NCBI RefSeq assembly: GCF_000022265.1
Contig: NC_011979.1
Span: 1,140,001-1,172,000, forward strand
From: Geotalea daltonii FRC-32
GTDB taxonomy: Bacteria; Desulfobacterota; Desulfuromonadia; Geobacterales; Geobacteraceae
DNA length: 32,000 bases
Reading direction: 5' to 3'
The notes under the pieces are model-generated. The model worked only from the letters and a program-made list of their open reading frames with translations. It had not been told where the DNA came from and searched no databases. The position numbers were made by a program, and so were the translations under genes. Below, in pieces: positions 1 through 6,818 of the stretch; position 1 is the first letter of the stretch, and each line of letters begins with the position of its first letter.

Positions 1-1000
1 AAAGGAGATTTCGGCAACCTTGAAATGACAGTCCCTCGGGACCGCCAGTCATCCTTCGAGCCGATCATCGTCCCCAAAGGAGAGAGCCGCTTTACCGGCT
101 TCGATGACAAGATCATCTCCATGTATGCCCGTGGCATGACCACGCGGGATATTCAGGGGCACCTGGAGGAAATCTACGGTGTAGAAGTCTCCCCAACCCT
201 GGTATCACAGGTCACCCAAGCCGTTACCGAAGAAATTACCCTATGGCAGAATCGCCCGCTTGATGACGTGTACCCGATCATGTACCTCGATGCCGTGCGG
301 GTTAAAGTCAGGCACGAAGGACGGGTGATCAACAAAGCTGTTTACCTGGCCATTGCCGTTACCTTCACCGGGGTCAAAGAAAGTCCTCGGCATGTGGACT
401 GCCGAAACCGAGGGTGCCAAGTTCTGGCTCCAGGTAGTTACGGAACTGAAGAACCTAGGCGTCAAGGACATCTTCATCGCCTGCGTCGATGGACTCAAAG
501 GCTTCCCTGAGGCCATCGAAGCGGTATTTCCTAAAACCCAGGTTCAGCTCTGCATCGTCCACATGGTGCGCCACAGCCTGAATTACGTGTCCTGGAAGCA
601 GCGCAAGGAAGTTGCCGACGATCTGAAGCAGATCTACCAGGCAGCAACCCTGCAGCAGGCCGAAGCGAATCTGGAAGCATTCGAAACCAAGTGGAGTGCC
701 ACCCATCCGACCATCGGCAAATCGTGGTGCAGGAACTGGGAGCGGATCATTCCCTTCTTCTCCTATCCGCCTGAAATCCGGAAAGCCATTTATACAACCA
801 ACGCCATAGAATCGCTGAACATGTCGCTGCGGAAGGTCACCAAGAACCGGGCATCATTCCCAAACGACGAAGCTATGCTGAAACTGCTCTACCTAGCCCT
901 GAAGAACATCGAGAAAAAGTGGACTATGCCGATCAGAGACTGGAAATCGGCACTCAACCAGTTCACCATTATGTTTGAAGAAAGAATGCCTGCTCTTTAA
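1..1000 (+). pseudogene. IS256-family (Mutator-type) transposase, 5' truncated by the window edge and interrupted by a +1 frameshift near nt 382
   Basis: Frame 1 from nt 1 reads GDFGNLEMTVPRDRQSSFEPIIVPKGESRFTGFDDKIISMYARGMTTRDIQGHLEEIYG...LAIAVTFTGVKE. Frame 2 (ORF 353-1000) continues VLGMWTAETEGAKFWLQVVTELKNLGVKDIFIACVDGLKGFPEAI...TTNAIESLN. The two halves form one protein only if one base in the run aaagaaag (376-383) is skipped. Confidence 0.8.
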
Positions 1001-1040
1001 ACCGAAAGCCATTTACACAAAATTATTTACAGGACCCCCC
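1..1040 (+). mobile_element. IS256-family insertion sequence, right-hand part only; the left part runs off the window. The right terminus is estimated about 40 bp past the transposase stop.
   Basis: It contains the Mutator/IS256-type transposase reading frames. Base composition switches abruptly to AT-rich unrelated sequence after ...gccatttacacaaaattatttacaggaccccc (about 1010-1040). The exact terminal inverted repeat cannot be confirmed without the left end. Confidence 0.75.
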
Positions 1041-1343
1041 AGCGGGTTTCACTTTTTTCCTAAAAACAACTTTGTCGATTTAATAATTCCTTTCCTGGTT
1101 GTGTGGGCTGCCTCCTTTGTTTATACCGGCATAATAGGCGGGATACTTTGGATGCCTTTACATAAATTTAAATCAGACAACATTCTAACATACATCCTTA
1201 TTGCCATTGTATTCACATCTTTATTGTCACTTGGCACGAATCATGGTGTATCGCTATTGGGGATAGGCATGAGTTCAACAAATGCAATAATGATAAGATT
1301 GCTAGAAATTAAGATATTCAAACTCAGTAATAAAGCCACCTGA
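975..1343 (+). pseudogene. Possible 3' remnant of a small membrane-protein gene cut by the IS256 insertion
   Basis: The first ~20 codons of the ORF are IS-end sequence. The AT-rich remainder encodes 2-3 hydrophobic helices (LIIPFLVVWAASFVYTGIIGGILW, ILTYILIAIVFTSLLSLG). There is no convincing start or RBS after the IS end. Confidence 0.25.
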
Positions 1344-1450
1344 CAGCCTGGCTCCGATATCGGAAAGTGAGCCTTTTTCATCAGCGTCTAAGCCCCCATC
1401 AGGAGCTTTGCACTGGCACAGGACTCAAAATATTAGAAACAGAGGTGCTC

Positions 1451-2131
1451 ATGGTGATTTTTAATATGAGAGCAATAATAGTCGTGGCTGCATTGCTTCA
1501 AGCAGTGCCAGTATATGCCGATACTCCGTGCCAAGCTCTTCAACGACAACTAGATTACTATTTACATGACATTATTGGTTGTCACTATACTGCGGAGTAT
1601 AGTGATAGAAATATAAATATCTATAAAGAATGTGATCCACCACCAACCGTCAAAACTATCACTTATTCAGCCGGTGGAGTCACTCGCACTGTAACTGATA
1701 CAGCACAATGCTGTAGTAAATCTCCTTGTTATGAACGAGATAGGTATTATGAGGAATTTACCACCATTTATTACAACACTCGGGTTGAATACGCATATTG
1801 TGATAACACTTCAACAGTTGAAGAATTCGGGTATGGAGCTTTTCCTGAATATCCATTCGTGTCTTCAGCAATATGTGGCATAACATATCCTATTAGACCA
1901 CCCACTGTTTTAACTTATGGTTGTCCAAGTCCCCAAAAAACCTTAGAGGCAACCTTAGATATCCCACCCGAATGTAAGTGTTTAGATCCGAATGATCCTT
2001 GTTGCAACAGCACGGATGAATGTTGTGGCAAAGGGCCTTGCTGTTATGACCCTGCCTGCTGCGGAGATGTATGCTGTCAGGGTAAAGGCGTAAATGGCGC
2101 GATAGACAGTATTTTCGGCCAGGCGAAGTAA
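1451..2131 (+). CDS. Secreted cysteine-rich protein of unknown function
   Basis: An in-frame ATG at 1451 is preceded by gaggtg. A signal-peptide-like N-terminus (MVIFNMRAIIVVAALLQAVPVYA/DT) is present. About 21 Cys occur in the mature part, including five CC doublets in the tail CCNSTDECCGKGPCCYDPACCGDVCC. The gene lies in AT-rich sequence. Confidence 0.55.
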   Translation: MVIFNMRAIIVVAALLQAVPVYADTPCQALQRQLDYYLHDIIGCHYTAEYSDRNINIYKECDPPPTVKTITYSAGGVTRTVTDTAQCCSKSPCYERDRYYEEFTTIYYNTRVEYAYCDNTSTVEEFGYGAFPEYPFVSSAICGITYPIRPPTVLTYGCPSPQKTLEATLDIPPECKCLDPNDPCCNSTDECCGKGPCCYDPACCGDVCCQGKGVNGAIDSIFGQAK

Positions 2132-2228
2132 AGGGTCAGGCCGTCAACACTGTACACACTTCTTTCCTTTTGCTAAGGTGATGTAAAATCCCGGCAGACA
2201 GAGGAGACACATGTGGCCGACCATCAGA

Positions 2229-2794
2229 AACTGGGAAGCTACCCGTGGAGTGGCCATGTAGTATTACTCGGTAAGCGGGCCATGGAAGGTCATGAGACGG
2301 ACGAGGTACTGACACGTTTTGGAAATACCAGGGCACGCGCAGTTCGTGGCTATTGGCAGTTCGTCGCCGATGGAATTACCACAGGACATCGCCAGGATCT
2401 GGTCGGGGGCGGACTTAAGCGCAGCCAGCCCGATTGCATGGAGATCAAAGAAATAGCCGCCTTTGATGAGCGAATCCTCGGCAGTGGCGGGTTTGTGGAA
2501 AAGTTGACCCAGGGGGCCAGCGTGGTGGAGAAGAATAAACCACGTCTTGCCTTGGTTGAATTGCTAGACAGAGTCTGTGCCGTGACCGGAGTGGTTGCAG
2601 ACCGAATGCAGTGTTCCGGCAAAGAGCGCACCGTAGCACGGGCAAAAGCTATCTTCTGCTACTTGGCAGTACGTGAGTATGGCTATACGGGCACAGAGGC
2701 CGGGAAGGTCGTAGGGATCGGCTCGGCAGGCGCGTCTATAGCGGCCAGACGGGGAGCGGAGTTATTGAAGAGTTACCCGGAGCTGGGGATATAA
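2229..2794 (+). pseudogene. 5'-truncated copy of the RAYT-like transposase at 6819-7787; only the C-terminal DnaA-HTH-like half is present
   Basis: Nt 2229-2850 align without gaps to 7222-7843 (offset 4993) with only a handful of mismatches by eye. The HUH and Tyr motifs of the full copy are absent. Confidence 0.85.
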
Positions 2795-2850
2795 AATTGA
2801 AGGGGAGGCAGTTAGTTGATTAGCTAACAACGTCCCTCCCAAGGACCCCT
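2229..2850 (+). repeat. About 620-bp near-identical duplicate of 7222-7843 (3' half of the family-2 RAYT-like element, including its right inverted repeat)
   Basis: Direct comparison of the two stretches. Both end with ...gcagttagttgattagctaacaacgtccctcccaaggacc. Confidence 0.9.
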
Positions 2851-2868
2851 GAAAACCACAAGTTTAAT

Positions 2869-3093
2869 GTGATTGATAAAGGGTGGATCGAAGCCAATGA
2901 GTTAAGTGTAGGTGACAAAATAATCACAAGAAATGGAAACGCATATGTTAAATCAATTATGTTTATAAAAACAGAAATACCTGTTCACGTATTTAATATT
3001 GAGGTAGAAAATAATGATAACTATCAAATTCAAGAAATGGGCGTAGTTGTAGTAGATAGATGGAATGCAGAAGCATTTTCATGTAAACCATAG
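2869..3093 (+). pseudogene. Orphan C-terminal Hint-domain (PT-HINT-like) fragment of a polymorphic toxin
   Basis: IDKGWIEANELSVGDKIITRNGNAYVKSI...VHVFNIEVENNDNYQI...GVVVV resembles the C-terminal half of Hint/intein-like domains found before toxin tips in Rhs-type proteins. It starts at a GTG directly after the truncated family-2 element, and only about 20 aa follow the Hint block. Confidence 0.5.
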
Positions 3094-3134
3094 CTTTAAT
3101 GGTCAATACTCATATACTAATAAGGAAGAATTAA

Positions 3135-3920
3135 ATGTATGACTGGTTCTATGAACAACTTAAATCAATAAAATACAAAAATTTTCATATTGTCGAACCA
3201 ATAGATCAAAAAACGATAGAAAATTTGAAAGTAAGACTTGGCGGGCTTCCAAAGACATATGCGGATTTTCTACAATCTTTTGGGAAAGCCAAGCTATATC
3301 ATGAACAGCACTACTATATCGTTGGCGTTTATCCATTGTATCCTGAATCAATAGATGAGAGCGGAGAGACGTTCTACTGCTTTGGCCATTATGATGCTGC
3401 ATCCGCTGGTTTTAAAGCAGCAGACATAAATGGGGGAAATGAAGCCGCAGTATTTGAAATGAACTCTTCTGGCAATTTAACAAGAGTAGCAAATGACTTT
3501 GCTAGTTGGTTTTTTGATAGATGCACTTTAGCGAGGAAGCGGTACTCCAAAAAAGAATGGGAAAAGATTTTAAATGAGCCCAAACCGTTCAACAATCGTG
3601 AGGTTGCCGTCGCTGAAGCCAGAAAGCTGTTTCAATGGCAGTTACTTGAGCGGACGCCGCAAGGCACCTTTCGGTTCCGCATATACAATAACTCCAAAAC
3701 AGTTCTGCCATTTTTGACAGTAGGAATTCGACATAATGAGAATAAGTTCGAAGGGGGAATATGGATCCCGGTAAGGCATGTTACTCCTGGACAGGTTAGA
3801 GATGTTGAAGCGAAGCCTTATCCTCACATTCCTATTGAGGAGCAAATTCCGTTTTCTATGCCTGATCCCACTCCTGAAGATAGAGCGATGTACTGGGAGT
3901 TCAGGAAAGCAGATCGTTAA
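3135..3920 (+). CDS. SMI1/KNR4 (SUKH-1) family immunity-type protein with an extra C-terminal domain
   Basis: The N-terminal pattern IDQKTIENLKVRLGGLPKTYADFLQSFGKAKLY is the classic SUKH/SMI1-KNR4 signature. An aaggaag RBS precedes the ATG. The gene lies immediately downstream of the toxin fragment. Confidence 0.7.
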   Translation: MYDWFYEQLKSIKYKNFHIVEPIDQKTIENLKVRLGGLPKTYADFLQSFGKAKLYHEQHYYIVGVYPLYPESIDESGETFYCFGHYDAASAGFKAADINGGNEAAVFEMNSSGNLTRVANDFASWFFDRCTLARKRYSKKEWEKILNEPKPFNNREVAVAEARKLFQWQLLERTPQGTFRFRIYNNSKTVLPFLTVGIRHNENKFEGGIWIPVRHVTPGQVRDVEAKPYPHIPIEEQIPFSMPDPTPEDRAMYWEFRKADR

Positions 3921-4035
3921 GCGCTGGTGAACAGGGATGTGAGAAGTATCAGCTCAGCAGTGAGACGCCTTCGGAGAGGATGCAGGAGACACCGAAGTTG
4001 GCGGAGAGGATGTCGTCACTTAAAGCTCTTCTTGA

Positions 4036-4130
4036 GGCCAACCGTAGGTGTCAGGGCCAACCGTAGGTGTCAGGCTTGACATTCGGACATTTGGCCAACC
4101 GTAGGTGTCAGGCTTGACATTCGGACATTT
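4036..4130 (+). repeat. REP-like family-1 repeats: 2.5 tandem copies of the 38-bp unit ggccaaccGTAGgtgtcaggcttgacattcggacattt
   Basis: A half unit lies at 4036-4054 and full units at 4055-4092 and 4093-4130. Each carries GTAG (4044, 4063, 4101) directly 5' of a small hairpin TGTCA-ggct-TGACA. Confidence 0.9.
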
Positions 4131-4147
4131 TGATATATTGTTTCCCC

Positions 4148-5098
4148 ATGGCCCGTAAACCTCGCATACATTACCCCGGCGCTGTCTACCACGTTATTCT
4201 GCGTGGCAATGCCGGCGAACCACTCTTTTTCAAGGATCGTGACCGATTTCGTTTCTATCTGCACATGCAGGAAGTAATAGAACGATTTCGTTGCCGGATT
4301 CACGGATTTTGCTGTATGACTAACCATGTCCATCTGATTTTGCAGGTGGAAGAGATTCCCCTCTCGCGTATCATGCAGAGTCTGTCGCTTAAATACACCA
4401 GATGGATCAATTACACCCGCCGGCGCACCGGGCATCTCTTCCAGGGACGCTACAAGGCAATCATGTTGGATGCTGACGCTTACCTGCTCGAACTCGTCCG
4501 TTATGTCCATCTCAACCCCGTGCGGGCCGGAATGACAGAATGCCCTGAAGGCTACCGCTGGAGCGGTCATAATGCGTATCTCGGCAAGGAGATGCTCCCG
4601 TGGCTGACGACCGAATGGGTACTTGCCCTGTTCTCGGGGGAAATCAACGCGGCCATCCAGCATTATCGGCAGTTTCTTTTAGATGGCATTGCCGAGGGAA
4701 GAAGAAATGAATTCCATAGTGGCACATGCGAGGGACGGATTCTTGGTGATGATTGTTTCGCAGATAAAGCGCTGACAAGGGCGAACCAGCATTGGCGGCG
4801 TGAATGGCAACTTGACGAACTCATCGATGCCATCTGCCGTCGTTATGGAATAGCAGCGAAAGAACTCAAAGCGCCTGGAAAGAAGAGGCCATTCAGCGAG
4901 GCAAGAGCAGTTGCTGCAGTTCTTGTCCAGGAATCACCGCATCTCACCCTGACAGAACTAGGCAAGGTGCTGCAACGTGATATCACTGCCCTTGGCAAGG
5001 CAGCGCAGCGCTTGATCCGGCAGGCTGATGCTCGGCTGATAAAACTCCTTGAGGAGTTACGGGGCGAGATGGAAGAAATGTCCGAAAGTCAAGCCTGA
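4148..5098 (+). CDS. RAYT-like HUH (Y1, IS200-like) transposase fused to a DnaA-domain-IV-like HTH (paralog 1)
   Basis: The sequence MARKPRIHYPGAVYHVILRGN leads into HUH motif NHVHLIL, GHLFQGRYK and the Tyr motif RYVHLNP. The C-terminal ARAVAAVLVQESPHLTLTELGKVLQRDITALGKAAQRL resembles DnaA C-terminal domains. The last 7 codons and the stop lie inside the right inverted repeat. Confidence 0.8.
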   Translation: MARKPRIHYPGAVYHVILRGNAGEPLFFKDRDRFRFYLHMQEVIERFRCRIHGFCCMTNHVHLILQVEEIPLSRIMQSLSLKYTRWINYTRRRTGHLFQGRYKAIMLDADAYLLELVRYVHLNPVRAGMTECPEGYRWSGHNAYLGKEMLPWLTTEWVLALFSGEINAAIQHYRQFLLDGIAEGRRNEFHSGTCEGRILGDDCFADKALTRANQHWRREWQLDELIDAICRRYGIAAKELKAPGKKRPFSEARAVAAVLVQESPHLTLTELGKVLQRDITALGKAAQRLIRQADARLIKLLEELRGEMEEMSESQA

Positions 5099-5129
5099 CA
5101 CCCCATTCCGCCCTGACACCCCATTCCGC
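5076..5129 (-). repeat. Family-1 REP-like repeat in inverted orientation (right end of the RAYT-1 unit), plus two copies of an 18-bp direct repeat
   Basis: aaatgtccgaaagtcaagcctgacac (5076-5101) is the reverse complement of gtgtcaggcttgacattcggacattt (4105-4130) with one mismatch. cctgacaccccattccgc then occurs twice (5094-5111 and 5112-5129). Confidence 0.9.
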
Positions 5130-5147
5130 CCCAAATAAACCGGCCCC

Positions 5148-5870
5148 CGCACCCACGTGCAGGACGTCACCACCTTCACTTACGACGCCAACGGCAACAT
5201 GCTGACAAAGACCGAAGCTTTAATCGGCACCACCCGTTATGACAACTACGACGCCCTGGGCAACCCAGGCACCATTACCGATCCAAACGGCAATGCCACC
5301 ACCTACACCTATGACACCGCAGGCAGGGCACTATTCGTCAAAGCCCCCGGAGACATAAACCCCACCGAATACACCTATACCACCGGCGGGTGTGGCAGCT
5401 GCGGCGGATCAACCAACCGCATCGCCTCCATCATCCAGCCCGAAGGAAACCGTATCGACTATACCTATGACACCAACGGCAAACTGACCAAGATTGCCGA
5501 TAGCCAGAATAACAGCATCAACTACAGCTACGACAGCGAAGGGAACAAACTGAAAGAAGAGATCAAAGATCCGTCAGGCATCCTGCAAAAGACCATCAGC
5601 TACCAATACGACGTCATCAACCGCCTCAAGCAGATCAAAAACCCCGATGCCACCTACACCGAATTCGGCTACGACGCCCTCGGCAACCGAACCAGCAGCA
5701 AAGACCCCAAACAAAACCTGACCACCAGCCAGTACGACGCCCTGAGCCGCCTCACCGCCACCATCCAGCCCGGCAATGTCACCACCGGCTTCACTTACGA
5801 TACAAATAACAACCTGACCACCGTAACCGACGCCAACAGCAACAGCACCACCTACAAATACGACGATCTG
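5148..5870 (+). pseudogene. Rhs/YD-repeat protein fragment, copy 1; no N-terminus, Rhs core end or toxin tip
   Basis: YD repeats are present (FTYDANGNM, YDALGN, YTYDTAGR, YTYDTNGKL, YSYDSEGNKL, FGYDALGN, YKYDDL). There is no real start codon. The frame runs into a stop supplied by the following REP-like repeat (..WGQA*). Confidence 0.85.
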
Positions 5871-5882
5871 GGCAGAAGGAGC

Positions 5883-5913
5883 CTATGGGGTCAGGCTTGA
5901 CTTTCGGATATTT
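5883..5913 (+). repeat. Solo family-1 REP-like repeat, inverted relative to the copy at 5076-5103
   Basis: The reverse complement of ggggtcaggcttgactttcggatattt matches aaatgtccgaaagtcaagcctgacacccc with one substitution and a 2-nt indel. Confidence 0.85.
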
Positions 5914-5922
5914 ACGGTGATG

Positions 5923-6017
5923 GAAAATCTTAAGGGGACGTTCCTGCTTTATGAAAATCTTAAGGGGACGTTCCGAAAATCTTAAGGGGGCGTCCCTGCT
6001 TTATTGCATTAGCCAAC
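5923..6017 (+). repeat. Three direct copies of a 22-bp family-2 REP-like unit gaaaatcttaaggggacgttcc, two of them extended by tgctttat(tgcattagccaac)
   Basis: The units lie at 5923-5944, 5953-5974 and 5975-5996. The core aaggggacgtt..tgct..at resembles the left inverted repeat of the family-2 element (ctagggggacgttgcttgctaat, 6755-6778). Confidence 0.8.
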
Positions 6018-6022
6018 ATTTC

Positions 6023-6745
6023 CGCACCGACGTGCAGGATGTCACCACCTTCACCTACGACGCCAATGGCAACATGCTAACAAAAACTGAGCCTCTCATT
6101 GGCACCACCACCTACGACAATTACGATGCCCTGGGCAATCCCGGCACCATCACCGATGCCAACGGCAATGCCACCATCTATACCTATGATGCTGCCGGTC
6201 GGGTGCTGACCGTCAAGGCCCCTGGGGATACCAACTATACCGAATATATCTACACCGCCAGTGGCTGCGGCAGTTGCGGCGGGGCCACTACCCGCATCGG
6301 CACCATCATCCAGCCCGAAGGCAATCGCATCGACTATACCTATGACACCAACGGCAAACTCCAAAAAATCACCGACAGCCAGAATAACAGCATCAACTAC
6401 AGCTACGACAGCGAAGGGAACAAGCTGAAAGAAGAGATCAAAGACCCGTCAGGCATCCTGCAAAAGACCATCAGCTACCAATACGACGTCATCAACCGCC
6501 TCAAGCAGATCAAAAACCCCGATGCCACCTACACCGAATTCGGCTACGACGCCCTCGGCAACCGAACCAGCAGCAAAAACCCCAAACAAAACCTGACCAC
6601 CAGCCAGTACGACGCCCTGAGCCGCCTCACCGCCACCATCCAGCCCGGCAATGTCACCACCGGCTTCACTTACGATACAAATAACAACCTGACCACCGTA
6701 ACCGACGCCAACAGCAACAGCACCACCTACAAATACGACGATCTG
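6023..6745 (+). pseudogene. Rhs/YD-repeat protein fragment, copy 2; a duplicate of 5148-5870 at offset 875 with no indels
   Basis: It has the same reading frame and the same first (gcacc.acgtgcagga) and last (tacaaatacgacgatctg) homologous bases as copy 1. The 3' ~370 bp are almost identical and the 5' ~350 bp are clearly diverged. Confidence 0.85.
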
Positions 6746-6754
6746 AACGGGCGG

Positions 6755-6800
6755 CTAGGGGGACGTTGCTTGCTAATTAACTATTGTCACTGAGCAATAG
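6755..6800 (+). repeat. Left inverted repeat of the family-2 RAYT-like element, plus a hairpin
   Basis: ctagggggacgttgcttgctaattaactattg pairs imperfectly (about 22 of 27 by eye) with the reverse complement of 7802-7832. It is followed by the hairpin ctattg-tcactgag-caatag (6781-6800). Confidence 0.65.
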
Positions 6801-6818
6801 TTATGTTGGCTTGCGCTC

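Noticed and set aside
2134-2162. ggtcaggccgtcaacactgtacacactt as another family-1 REP-like repeat at the Cys-rich gene / element junction
   Set aside because: The resemblance to gtcaggcttgacattcggacattt is only about 60 percent by eye, with indels. That is too weak to call without a genome-wide repeat model.
4070-4663. 197-aa minus-strand ORF antisense to RAYT-1
   Set aside because: It is antisense to a gene with clear HUH/Tyr motifs. Its C-terminal MSECQA merely mirrors the MSESQA end of the plus-strand gene because of the inverted repeats.
4036-6017. Tandem 38-bp and 22-bp repeats considered as a possible CRISPR array
   Set aside because: The repeats are directly adjacent or separated by only 0-8 bp, so there are no unique spacers. 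No cas genes are present, and the units match the inverted repeats of the RAYT-like genes.
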